Source of the DNA: Pristiophorus japonicus | Lineage: Eukaryota | Direction of reading: 5' to 3' | Assembly: GCF_044704955.1 (NCBI RefSeq) | Contig: NC_091979.1 | Coordinates: forward strand, 119,350,001 to 119,414,000 | Length of the DNA: 64,000 bases | Part shown: one piece after another, positions 1-11,801 of the stretch | Numbering within the stretch: the first letter of the stretch is position 1 | How the letters are laid out: the number at the start of each line of letters is the position of its first letter | Position numbers and translations under genes: made by a program | The notes under the pieces: generated by a model | What the model was told of the DNA's origin: nothing | The model's database searches: none | Seen by the model: only the letters and a program-made list of their open reading frames with translations

Positions 1-1393
1 GGATCAGGGCAAGGTCGAAAAAAAAGGGGAATACTGGAAACACTAGGCACGGGTTATGACGATGAATTCCATAGGCCTGTAGACAATATACGACCGGGTT
101 AACAACTTAATGGCGTAGTCTTGAGTGGTTTAGTGGGGAGGGACTTGGATAACCTTGGAGGGGACTTGGGAGATGGTGCGGAAGGGGATCTGTTACAAGT
201 GGCCCATATATTGCCGAAATGCCAAGACAATAAAATTGATCCACGAAATGGGGAACGACATAAGTAAACGATTGTAGGCTGAGATAGTTTGCTCCGGGTA
301 TGGGGCCTGGATATTAAGTGAGGTACAACATAATTTGGAGCAACTCCAGAATGGAGACATACCAGATTGGATTCCGAACAGCATACTTAACAATTGGACT
401 CTAGATAAAAAAAAATGAATAACACATGCGAGGTACGAAGGAATAGTCACGCATGGGTGACAAAATTCAGATGTATTACTGGGCGGGTGAATATGATCGG
501 ATTTATGTTGTCCATACCACAGTATGATGTAACAAAGGGAGACCCCTTATATCTGATCGATAATATTGGTGAGGAGAGAAACCAAACTTGGTTACGTTAC
601 CATCAGCCTGCCAGACGGGTGATTAAAATTAACAATAGTACCAAAGGCATTGATATAACTGACTGCTATAAAATTAACCAAGTGGTTTTATGTCGAGGTA
701 CGCCACGAATGACGAATGATGATTGCAGATTCCATCAAACAAACGGATGCATGCTGAGTATCACTCCTCTCGAACACGATCTTGAGACCATCGCTGCCCC
801 GCAAGGGAACGGAGAGTGATGCGTGACCACGGGGGCAGCCAACTTAACCATTAAGACCAGGGGAGGAGTCACCCCGTGTCCTCATTACTCCGAACTTCTG
901 CTTCAGACCCAAGGGAGAAATAGACATAGACGGATATCATGTACATCCCGAGACAACGGAAATCATCGACGGAACAATCACGGATTCTCTCCGAGAAGGG
1001 TACGAAGAGGCGGTATGGGAACCGCAAGGCAAACAGATACCGGAACTAAATGAGGAACAAATACGTTTGGTGCAAGGAATCCAGAATCAAAGACGACAAT
1101 ATGTCCGGCTGATGGAAGAAATAGACAACTTACAGAGAGACACTAACGCAATGCTGGCTGATCAGCCCCGATACTCAAAGCTGTGGGACATTGGACTTAA
1201 TATTCAAATTCACCCATGGATAAGAATATCACATGTACTTGTAGTAATACAGGGTCTGGTTCTGATGGTCATGATGGGATTAACATGTGCACGAATTAAA
1301 CAGGCCAAACGATAAGTCAGGGCATGCACTATGATTAAGGCCATAAGGGATGAAAATTTAAGCAGTCCAACAGGAAGGACTCACCTTATATAA
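1..1393 (+). pseudogene. env: Decayed env / class I fusion glycoprotein gene of an LTR retroelement (5' part outside window)
   Basis: Frame 1 begins GSGQG-RKKR-GILETLGTGY (furin site plus fusion-peptide-like segment). After frameshifts and stops: MNSIGL*TIYDRVNNL; IVCSGYGAWILSEVQHNLEQLQNGDIPDWI; Cys-rich ORF 415-819 with N-glycosylation sequons; heptad QYVRLMEEIDNLQRDTNAML; TM ISHVLVVIQGLVLMVMMGLTC. Stop at 1315 with 25 further open codons to 1393. Lies just upstream of a PPT and LTR. Confidence 0.8.
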
Positions 1394-1833
1394 TTCTGTG
1401 GGAAGGTTTCAGGAGGTCCCGAAGCATGGGAGATGGCCACCCAGGTGAACGAACCTATCTGGAACTTGCCTACAGGGAGATAGTTATTGGGAAATATGGT
1501 CAGCTTGGCGTATAGCCAAGGGCCAAAAGGGGGGAAATGAAAGAGAAAAATTTGGCATTAGGGGTACCAGTGAGACAAGGGTTAAAGCGCTGGTTCCTGC
1601 ACTGGCCCACAAGGAGGTAAAAGACTTCTCTTCGGCCTTGTACCAAGGCTCCAGAAGTTATCAACTCAAAAATATTCCGACAGGATACGATGTGAGAACC
1701 TAAACAGACATTGATAAGACCTTGCGAAGAGGCTCGAGGCGGACTCACAGACAACAAGGAGGATCAGGAAAGCGAATGCGCACGGCTGAACGCGATACTC
1801 CTGGAATAAGCACCAGGGTTATCATGGAATGAT

Positions 1834-1845
1834 AAAAGGGGGGAA
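1834..1845 (+). other. Polypurine tract of the env-bearing LTR element
   Basis: AAAAGGGGGGAA immediately followed by TG at 1846. Confidence 0.8.
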
Positions 1846-2476
1846 TGAGAATGTGTAAAAGGGTTGCTAAAGTGGTAGATGGCTAAAGAAGGTGGCAAAA
1901 GGATGGAGATAGGGAATCATGGGAAAATAGCTAAAGAAATGGTCAAGATACAGACAACTGCAGAATCAACAGGAAAAAAAAGGGGTTACCAAGAGTTGAA
2001 GTAGAGGTTAGACACGGGTCATGAGAAAGCCCAAGGCAGCACAAAGAAAGAAAGCAATTCTAGATAGGAAGGGTAAAGTGATAGCTTCTACTGATAAGGA
2101 GGAAGAGAAACTAATTGGGTTCTTTACTGATAAGGGAAGACAGTGTAGCAAAGCTATAACTAACCTACCTGACACCAGCCCTAATTGGGAGACTTTCTTG
2201 CCTGCCATTGGACGTACTCGGGGGGGAGGCAGAAAGGGATTGGATAGACCAAGTGCTAATCAAATGTGTTCTGCTTTGAAAATGTATATCTACTGTGTTT
2301 TTCGCGCTGAAAAGGAGCTTGTCCAGGGGAAGGTAAGCAGACTCTGATTGAGAGTGTTCCTTTGTCTTGACAAGTCCCGGCCGGGGAATCTTCAATAAAG
2401 GTCCTTTACAGAAAAGGCAAGGTGTTCGCGTCAGTATATTCGCTGAAACAGATTGAGGGAAAAAGAATCCGTATCA
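1846..2476 (+). mobile_element. 3' LTR (~630 bp) of the env-bearing element
   Basis: Starts TGAGA after the PPT; internal direct repeats (TACTGATAAGG near 2089 and 2126); AATAAA at 2394-2399; ends TATCA at 2476 (alternative CA end at 2479), where CR1 sequence begins abruptly. Confidence 0.7.
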
Positions 2477-3107
2477 ACATTGCAAACGGGATGGAGCATA
2501 AGAGCAGGGAAGTCTTGTTACAGTTGTACAGGTTATTGGTGAGGCCACACCTGGAATACTGCGTGCAGTTTTGGTTTCCATATTTATGAAAGGATATACT
2601 TGCTTTGGAGGCAGTTCAGAGAAGGTTCACAAGGTTGATTCCAGAGATGAGGGAGTTGACTTATGAGGAAAGGTTGAGTAGGTTGGGCCTCTACTCATTG
2701 GAATTCAGAAGAATGAGAGGTGATCTTATCGAAACATATAAGATTATGACGGGGCTTGACAAGGTGGATGCAGAGAGGATGTTTCCGCTGATAGGGGAGT
2801 CTAGAACTAGAGGGCATAATTTTAGAATAAGGGACCGCCCATTTAAAATTGAGATGAGGAGAAATTTCTTCTCTCAGAAGGTTGTGGATCTGTGGAATTC
2901 GCAGCTCCAGAGAGCTGTGGAAGCTGGGACATTGAATAAATGTAAGACAGAAATAGAGAGTTTCTTAAACGATAAGGGAATAAGGGGTTATGGAGAGCGG
3001 GCAGGGAAGTGGACCTCAGTCCATGATCGGATCAGTCATGATTGTATTAAATGGCGGCGCAGGCTCCAGGGGCCGTATGGCCTACTCCTGCTCCTTGTTC
3101 TTATGTT
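2477..3107 (+). mobile_element. CR1-type LINE, 3' fragment (ORF2 C-terminus and tail)
   Basis: ORF 2605 EAVQRRFTRLIP..YEERLSRLGLYSLEFRRMRGDLIETYKI..RRNFFSQKVV is typical CR1 ORF2 C-terminus; tail CCTACTCCTGCTCCTTGTTCTTATGTT. Confidence 0.92.
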
Positions 3108-4056
3108 AATGGGGTTAATATCAGTTACTGCTAGCTGTTTCTTAAAAAAGGTGCAGGAATGCAAGTTACAGTCTAGTATAGTATTAGGCGGTTCCTCCTA
3201 TCGAGGTGACCTGCTTCCACACCAAAAAGGGAGGAGTTCACAGGTGTTTCAATGAGGGACCTGACATTCTAGGATACAAAAGAATCACCTGAAGCGTTAT
3301 TCCTAAACACTTATTCACACCTTTCTGCTTAGGTGCCATTCTATTCAATTCAATCAACTTGACACTTTGCTCAGGTACTGACATGCAGGCTGAGAGATGT
3401 CTTTGAACTCTACTGGAAATAACAGCTTTATTTATAAACATTCTATGTAATTGATAACCAATGAATGGCTCATGATCTATTGTCATTTTGTACGATGCAT
3501 TTTTAATGTCCTTTGTTCCAGAGATACTGGGCTAGAAATAAATTTCACCATATGAGCAACTGAGCTTCAAGAATTAATTTGATGTTGAAACTAGCATAAA
3601 GAAGTCTGTTCTTCTGATACTGAGAATATAAAATTTTTAATTATAAATATATTGTTTATACTGACTGCTGCTTATTTATTTATTCTGTTAAATTAATTTC
3701 CCTGTTGGTTTAAATCTGATCGAACGTATTTGCCTACCAAAACGGCCAACTCACATCACAGTGCGTGTTGTATTCCAATAAGGCAAATACATTGGCAAGA
3801 GTTCTCCATTTGACACCTGTGTCTTGCTAAATTTGCCTAGATATTGTACAGGTAAAAGTACTCTTCAATTCTTGGAGAACGCATACGGGGACCACTTATT
3901 GGAGTGGCCAGTGATGCTGACCCCAAGGAAGATATATCTAGCACAAAAAGCCAAAATTGTATCATGTACAATTTAAAAGATAAATTTAACTACACAAACA
4001 GTTGGAAAAATTAGTTAGGTACACATATCATGCCAGCCTCTGTCGATACAAAGACA

Positions 4057-4666
4057 TAAATAGAGGCATAGAGTAAAAACAGCCAAAAAGTTATGACAAA
4101 CCTATATAAAACACTAGTTTGGCTCCAGCTGGAGTAGTGTCCAATTCTGGGCACCACACTTTAGGAAAGACAAGAAGGCTTTGGAGAGGGTACAAAAGTG
4201 ATTTACCAGATTGGTTCCAGGGAGGAGGGATTACAGCTATGTGGATAGACTGAAGAAGTTAAGGTTGTTCTCCTTAGAGCAGAGAAGGCCAAGAGGAGAT
4301 TTGATCGAGGTGCTTAAAATCATGAAGGGTTTAGATAAGAGTAAATAAAGAGAAACGGTTTCCAATGACTGAAGGGTCGATAACCAGAGGGCACAGGTTT
4401 AAGGTAATTGGCAAAAGAACCAGAGGTGACATGAGGAAAAACTTTTTAATGCAATGAGTGGCTTGGAATGCACTGCCTAATAAGGATGGTGGGTACAGAT
4501 TCAGTAGCCTTCAAAAAGGGAATTGGATAAATACTTAAGAGAAAACAAAATTGCAGGGATATAGTGAAAGAGTAGGGCTAACTGGATTGCTCTTCAAAAG
4601 AGCCATGCAGACTCAATGGGCCGAATGGCCTCCTTCTATGCTGTACCATTCGATGATTCGATGATT
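4057..4666 (+). mobile_element. CR1-type LINE, degenerate 3' fragment (different subfamily)
   Basis: Decayed QFWAPHFRKD..LERVQK.FTRLVPG..RGDLIEV-like coding; 3' end GGCCGAATGGCCTCCTTCTATGCTG followed by the (ATTCGATG)n tail. Confidence 0.88.
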
Positions 4667-5091
4667 AACTGACAGCATTTGCACAGATTCAAAACTTGTA
4701 ATTTCTACAGCTAAAATAATATTTTAGATGCACTGGGAAAGTCATAGTATTTTAATTATGTCAAATATGTCAAGTCAATATCCAGAGATAAGCTCATAGG
4801 CTCCAAACTCCCGAGACCGGTTGCAAGCTGCAACAAGCCATCATTAGATTTTAGCAATTAACCTTCAACTAGGCTACTTTTAAGAATAGCACAAGGTCAT
4901 ACTGAATCAATGCTGATGCTACTAGGGGAAATAAAGCATAAAACACTACTTGGTATGTAACACATAAGAGGCTATCTTTCCACATGACAAATTTAATCTT
5001 GATCTGTACAACAGACAACTTGCTGAATTTACCATGGTTCTGATATCAAAATCAATGTCTTCGGACAATCACATTTATAAAGGGATGCCTC

Positions 5092-5325
5092 TGTCATGTA
5101 TTCAACCAGCATTGTAACCCATGTATAATCTGACCCAAGTTGTACACTGTGAGCACAATGACCACTAGGTGGGAGACACTCCTAACCTGGACCTGCAGGT
5201 ATAAAAGAGGAAGCTCCACCCACCTTCATCACTTGAGTGCTAAGGAATAAAGGACAGGTCACAGATTGACCTTCTCTCAAGCATGGGCCTCGTGTGCATT
5301 TATACTGTATAGTAAGGACGTATCA
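5092..5325 (+). repeat. 5' LTR of Gypsy element
   Basis: TGTCATGTA...GTATCA; contains TATAAAA and AATAAA; matches 8956-9189. Confidence 0.97.
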
Positions 5326-5326
5326 A

Positions 5327-5336
5327 TGGCGACGAG
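5327..5336 (+). other. Primer binding site, probably tRNA-Ser(GCU)
   Basis: TGGCGACGAG one base after the LTR; complementary to the CUCGUCGCCA 3' end recalled for tRNA-Ser(GCU). Confidence 0.75.
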
Positions 5337-5361
5337 AAACTGGGATTTAAACCACGCGAGC

Positions 5362-8300
5362 ATGGCCACTAGCAGAACAGACGACAGGTACTGTGTTACG
5401 GAATGGTTGGGACAGAGATTCATCATTGTTAAAGCAGCACACAGTTCTCCAGGCAGACAAGGGTAGTCGGGCATGCCCCAACATGTAGTCGAACCCAGAG
5501 GGGGAGTTCGACAGAGACAATGGCAAGCTGAACAGCGATTCACGCCATTGTAAGGGACAATGCGGCCAGAAATGGGGCCATCAACACCTGTTAATGGCGC
5601 ATTCAAGGACAGTCACAGGGGCAGTCAGGAACGATCGACTGGCAAGGGACCTTTTGTTTCAAACAACAGCTCATGTTGGAGGCGTGGAGGCACACACTCA
5701 GCGGAGTTTGCAGAGATGAGCAAAATACCTGCAGAAATGAACGCTGGGGGAAATCGCTGAAAGCTGAAGTTCAGCGAGTTCATGTGAGCACGTATACAGT
5801 TCATACACCAGGACGCCACAGATAATGATGGAAGTGCTCCTCAATGGCATCCCAGTATCAATGGAGGTAGACACGGGGGCCAGCCAGTCCCTAATGGGTA
5901 TCAAACAGTTCGAAAAGTTGTGGGCGCCCAAGGCCAGGAGGCCAAAATTATCGCCGATTGACGCACAGCTACGGACATACACAAAGGAGATCATTCCGGT
6001 GCTAGGCAGCGCCATGGTAGTCGTGACCCACAAAGATTCAGAGAACAGGTTGCCACTCTGGATTGTCCCAGGGGACGGTCCCACACTACTGGTGAGGAGT
6101 TGGCTTGCTGTCATGAACTGGAAATGGGGCGCTGTCAATGCAATTTCTTCTGTGGAGTGAGTATCATGCTCACAGATCCTGGACAAATTTGACTCATTAT
6201 TTCAACCCAGCATCAGCACTTTCATGGGGGCCAAGGTAGTGATTCACATAAGCCCGGACGCCAGGCCAGTACACCACAAGGCCAGAGCGGTGCCGTACGT
6301 GATGCGGGAAAAGATAGAAGGCGAATTGGACCGCCTGCTGAGGGAAGCATCATCTCGCCAGTCAAATTCAGTGACTAGGCGAGCCCGATCGTGCCAGTGC
6401 TCAAGGCGGATGGGTCGGTCAGGATATGTGGCGATTACAAGGCTACCATCAATCGGGTGTCACTCCAAGACCAGTACCCGCTACCGAGAGCGGAGGACCT
6501 CTTTGCAACGGTATCCGGTGGCAAACTTTTTTCAAAATTGGACCTGACCTCAGCTTACTTGACCCAGGAGCTGACGAGTGAGTCGAAGAAGCTGACCACC
6601 ATCACAACACACAAGGGGTTGTTTGAGTATAACAGATATCCATTCGGGATTCGCTCGGCCGCCGCAATCTTCCAACGAAATATGGAAAGTCTCCTCAAGT
6701 CGATTCCAGGGACGGTGGTTTTTCAGGACGACATCCTCATCACGGGTTACGATACTGAAGAACACCTCCACAACCTGGAGGAGGTGCTACGCAGACTGGA
6801 CCGGGTAGGGCTGCGACTAAAAAAGGCGAAGTGAGTCTTCCTAGCTCCAGAGGTAGAATTCCTGGGGATGAGGGTAGCAGCAGACGGGATCAGCCTTACT
6901 GCGTCCAAATCGGAAGCGATCCAGAGAGCACCCAGACCCCATAACACGACGGAGCTACATTTGTTCCTGGGGCTCCTGAACTATTTTGGTAACTTTCTTC
7001 CCAAATTGAGCACGCTGCTAGAGCCGCTACACGTGCTCCTACGCAAAGGTCGCGAATGGGCCTGGGGGGACAGCCAGGAAAGGGCTTTTAATAGAGCACG
7101 CAATTTATGTTCCAACTATACGACCCATGTAAGAAACTTGTGTTAACGTGCGATGCGTCGTCCTATGGTGTCGGGTGTGTGTTGCAGCATGTCAATGTCA
7201 AGGGTCAGTTACAGCTGGTAGCTTATGCCTCTAGGAGTCTGCCCCAGGCAGAAAGGGGTTACGGAATGGTAGAAAAGAAGGCGCTTGCATGTGTATATGC
7301 TGTAAAGAAAATGCACCAGTACCTGTTTGGCAGGAAATTTGAGCTGGAGACAGATCACAAACCCCTAACGTCCCTTTTGGCCAACAACAAGGCCATTAAT
7401 GCAAATGCAAACGCATCGGCCCGCATACAGAGGTGGGCACTCACGTTAGCCGCCGATGACTATACAATTCGGCACAGATCGGGCACCGAAAACTGCGTCG
7501 ATGCACTCAGCAGGCTCCCACTAGCCACCATTGAGGGGGCTACCGAGCATGCTGCTGAGATGGTCATGGCTGTTGAAGCTTTCGGAAGCGAAGGCTCACC
7601 CGTGACAGCCCGTCAGATTAAAGTCTTGACAAATAGAAACCCGCTATTGTCTCTAGTCAAGAAATGTGTCCTGAATGGGAACTGGCTAGCCACGTACAGC
7701 CCTGAGGAATTTAAACCATTTCACAGGCGCAGGGATGAACTCTCGATTCAGGCAGATTGCCTACTGTGGGGAAACCGCGTAGTCATGCCCCAGATGGGCA
7801 GAGAGGTGTTCATCAGAGAACTCCACAATGAGCACCCGGGCATTGTCATGATGAAGGCAATTGCCAGGTCACACGTTTGGTGGCCAGGGATAGACGCAGA
7901 TCTGGAACTTTGTGTTCGCAGGTGCAACACGTGTGCCCAGCTGGGCAATGCGCCCAGGGAAGCCCCCTTTAGCCCCTGGCCATGGCCCGCCAAGCCTTGG
8001 TCACGCATCCATGTGGACTACGCAGGTCCTTTCATGAAAAAAATGTTTTTGGTTGTAGTAGCCGCCTACTCCAAATGGATCGAGTGTGTCATTTTAAATT
8101 CAAGCACAGCCTCTGCCACGGTAGAAAGTCTACGGGCAATGTTCGCCGCCCACAGTCTACCGGACGTCTTGGTCAGCGACAATGGCCCATGCTTCACAAG
8201 CACTGAATTCCAGGACTTCATGGCAGGCAATGGAATTAACCATGTCAGAACGGCACCGTTCAAGCCGGCCTCAAACGGCCAGGCAGAATGAGCAGTGCAG

Positions 8301-8924
8301 ATAATCAAACAGGGGATGCTCAGAATACAAGGGGGTTCCCTACAAACTCGCTTATCAAGCCTCCTGTTGGCCTATAGATCCCGACCACACTCACTCACAG
8401 GAGTTCCACCCGGAGAGCTGCTAATGAAAAGGACGCTCAAAACCTGGCTATTCCTTATACACCCCACCATGAAAGAAACTGTCGAGAGCAGGCGCCAGCC
8501 ACAATATGACTACCATGACAGGAATGCGAGGGCGCGATGTATTGATGTAAATGATCCTGTTTTTGTCCTCAACTACGCTGCAGGGCCCAAATGGCTCGCA
8601 GGCACTGTGATTGCCAAAGAGGGAAATAGGATTCTGGTAGTTAAACTTACCAATGGACAAATCTGCCGCAAACACGTGGATCAAACAAAAAGGAGGTTCA
8701 GCAACTCCATAGAAGAAGCAGAGGAAGAACACGATGTCGAGTTCACTCCACCAGAGGTGACCGAACACCGGAACCAAAGGGAGGAGAGCCCAATCACTGT
8801 GGGCAGTCTGGATAGGCCTGAGGCACCGCAAACAGCAGACACTCAGGCCAGCGCCCAACAACCGGAGCCCCAACTCAGGCGCTCTACAAGAGAGCGTAAA
8901 CCACCAGAGAGACTCAATCTGTGA
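5362..8924 (+). pseudogene. Disrupted gag-pol (gag remnant, protease, RT, RNase H, integrase)
   Basis: Gag start MATSRTDDRYC; decayed knuckle CWRRGGTHSA; protease VDTGAS; RT RICGDYK..LDL..PFG..FQDD; RNase H LTCDAS..TDHKPL; integrase H..H..C..C, IHVDYAGP, SDNGP, NGQAE; several stops and frameshifts. Confidence 0.93.
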
Positions 8925-8955
8925 TCCCAATAAGACTTTGGGGGGGGGGAGGTGA

Positions 8956-9189
8956 TGTCATGTAGTCAACCAGCATTGTAACCCATGTATAATCTGACCT
9001 AAGTTGTACACTGTGAGAACAATGACCACTAGGTGGGAGACACTCCTAACCTGGACCTTCAGGTATAAAAGGGGAAGCTCCACCCACCTTCATCACTTGA
9101 GTGCTAAGGAATAGAGGACAGGTCACAGACTGACCTTCTCTCAAGCATGGGCCTCGTGTGCATTTATACTATATAGTAAGGACGTATCA
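8956..9189 (+). repeat. 3' LTR of Gypsy element
   Basis: Copy of 5092-5325; poly(A) hexamer changed to AATAGA. Confidence 0.97.
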
Positions 9190-9939
9190 GCCTCAATATC
9201 TTTTCCTTACACCTGTGGCCCCTTTTAACTACATATATTTTCTCAAAAGCTGCAGTTTGGGTCAACCCTTTTGTCCAAAAGCAAAATGTATGCCGCTAAT
9301 TAAACAATGTGCTTCTTTTAGCCAGTAATTTTAAGACTCAATCCACTTTTGTGTATGGGAATCAACAGGTTCCAATAATAAAGTGTCTAGAATTGAGCTT
9401 AAAGAACAATACTCTTTTTAGAATTTCCAAGTCAAACTTTATTCCCCACCCCCCATACTTCAGAATTAAAAAGATAGCACAAAAGGAAGTGAAATCTATT
9501 TCTTGTCCACAACTCACAAAGTTTCTACTCAGCTATAGTATGCTATTTAATCCATTAACAATCTTTTGTAGCAAGATTGGTACCCTAAACAGCACCGCAC
9601 CTCCATGTACATCATCACACAAATCAGAGTCCATCAGAAAGATATGGAGCATTTCAACATAAAAACTTAATGCCCATCCTCAGTTTCCTTAAAAGGTAAA
9701 TACACCTGGAAATAGAATTCTCAGAAATATTCTGAAGATGTCCCTCACAGCAAAGTGAAGTCATAAATATTTAAACAAGCCAATTACAATTTCTGTCCAT
9801 CTTTAGGCTGCATTAATGAGGCAAAACAGTGCCCAATGTACATATCTACCAATATAAATAAAATCTGCTCCTTTACATTCACAGCAGATCTGTCACATTT
9901 AAAGCCTTGCCACTGCAATCACATTTCAAAACAAGTTAG

Positions 9940-11688
9940 ATAAGAACATAAGAAATAGGAGCAGAAGGCCAAACGGCCCTCGAGCCTGCGCCGCCATTTA
10001 ATATGATCATGGCTGATCCGATCATAGACTCAGGTCCACTTCCCTGCCTGTTCTCCATCACCCCTTATTCCCTTATCATTTATGAAACTATCTCTTTCTG
10101 TCTTAAATGTATTCAATGTCCCAGCTTCCACAGCTCGGAGGCTGCGAATTCCACAGATCCACAACCTTCTGAGAGAAGAAATTTCTCATCTCAGTTTTAA
10201 ATGGGCGGCCCTTTATTCTAAGATGATGCCCCTTATTCTCGACTCCCCTATCAGCAGAAACATCCTCTCTGCATCCACCTTGTCAAGTGCCCTCATAATC
10301 TTGTACGTTTCGATAAGATCACCTCTCATTCTTCTGAATTCCAATGGGTAGAGGCCCAATCTACTCAACCTTTCCTCATAAGTCAACCCCCTCATCTCTG
10401 GAATCAACCTTGTGAACCTTCTCTGAACTGTCTCCAAAGCAAGTATATCCTTTCGTAAATATGGAAACCAAAACTACATGCAGTATTCAGGTGTGGCCTC
10501 ACCAATACCCTGTATAACTTTAGCAAGATTTCCCTGCTTTTATACTCAATCCCCTTTCAATAAAGGCCAAGATTCCATTGGCCTTCCTGATCACTTGCTG
10601 TACCTGCATACTATTCTTTTGTGTTTTATGCACAAGTACGCCCAGGTCTCGCTGTACTGCGGCACTTTGCAATCTTTCTCCATTTAAATAATAACTTGCT
10701 CTTTGATATTTTCTGCCAAAGTACATGAACTCACACTTTCCAACATTATAACACCATCTGCCAAATTTTTGCCCACTCACTTAGCCTGTCTATCTCCTTT
10801 TGCAGATTTTGTGTGTCCTCCTCACACATTGCTTTCCCCCCCCCATCTTTGTATCGTCGGCAAACTTGGCTACATTACACTCAGTCCCTTATAGATTGTA
10901 AATAGTTAGGATCCCAGCACTGATCCCAGCCACACCCCACTGGTTACTGATTGCCAATCCGAGAATGAACCATTTATCTCGACTCTCTGTTTTCAGTTCG
11001 TTAGCCAATCCTCTATTCATGCTAATATATTACCCCCAATCCTGTGATCTTTTATCTTGTGCAGTAACATTTTATGTGGCACCTTGTCAAATGCCTTCTG
11101 GAAGTCCAAATATACCACATCCACTGGTTCCCCTTTATCCATCCTGTTCGTTACATCCTCAAAGAATTCTGGCAAATTTGTCAAACATGACTTCCCCTTC
11201 ATACATGACTTCCCATCCATGCTGACTCTGCCTGACCGAATTTTGCTTTTTCAAATGTCCTTCTACTGCTTCTTTAATAATGGACTCCAACATCTTCCCA
11301 ACTGCAGATGTTAGGCTAACTGGTCTACAGTTTCTTGCTTTTTGTCTGCCTCCTTTTTTTTTTTTAAATAGGGGCATTACATTTGCAGTTTTCCAATCTG
11401 CTGGGACCTCCCCAGAATCCAGGGAATTTTAGTAAATTACAACCAATACAACCTGCCGCTACTTCTCTTATGACCCTACGATGCAAGCCATCAGTCCAGG
11501 GGATTTATCTGTCTTTAGTCCCATTATCTTACTGTGTACCACCTCCTTTGTGATTGTGATTGTGTTAAGTTCCTCCCCCCCTCCTCTCCCCTCTATAGCC
11601 CCTTGACTATCCACTGTTGGAATATTATTAGTGTCCTCTACCATAAAGACTGATACAAAATATTTGTTCAGAGTTTCTGCCATCCCTG
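9940..11688 (-). mobile_element. CR1-type LINE, 5'-truncated, decayed ORF2 RT
   Basis: Minus-strand ORF pieces RPVSLTSAVGKMLE, KSCLTNL, VDVVYLDFQKAFDKVPH, RDLGVLV, RRMRGDLIETYKI; tail ATAAGAACATAAGAAATAGGAGC at ~9940. Confidence 0.95.
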
Positions 11689-11774
11689 GATTCAAAATCA
11701 CCTTCCACTAGAGTTTGCTGTAAAACACTTTGAGTTATCATACAATTTGAACTGAAGTGCAATTGTTCACTTAC

Positions 11775-11801
11775 CCTCCAGCATGAAAGCATCACTCCCA
11801 T
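11775..11801 (-). CDS. lnpk: Lunapark (ER junction formation factor), first coding exon MGVMLSCWR; whole exon 11775-11880
   Basis: Minus strand ATG GGA GTG ATG CTT TCA TGC TGG AGG|GTAAGT resembles the 9-codon first coding exon of human LNPK (MGGLFSRWR); acceptor TTCTACAG at 11881-11888; synteny lnpk-Evx2-HoxD. Later exons were not found in the window. Confidence 0.8.

Larger units (their letters stand above)
5092..9189 (+). mobile_element. Ty3/Gypsy LTR retrotransposon (K02A2.6-like/Mag-type), both LTRs present, defective
   Basis: 234-bp LTRs 5092-5325 and 8956-9189 (TG..CA, 8 mismatches by eye); TSD GCCTC at 5087-5091 and 9190-9194; PBS at 5327; G-rich PPT ~8940-8955; domain order PR-RT-RH-IN. 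Confidence 0.97.

Noticed and set aside
2021-2347. 108-aa Lys-rich ORF inside the LTR
   Set aside because: No recognisable motif; purine-rich U3 composition readily produces such ORFs.
2605-3255. 216-aa ORF as a host gene
   Set aside because: It is the CR1 ORF2 C-terminus reading through into flank.
3180-3272. Possible RTE-like retroposon tail in reverse
   Set aside because: Only vague recollection of similarity; too short to call.
5698-8930. Minus-strand ORFs (162, 160 aa and others) over the Gypsy element
   Set aside because: Antisense shadows of pol.
9309-9662. 117-aa ORF, and a search here for lnpk exon 3
   Set aside because: No motif; no KPSTVEVLE-like minus-strand exon with splice sites found.
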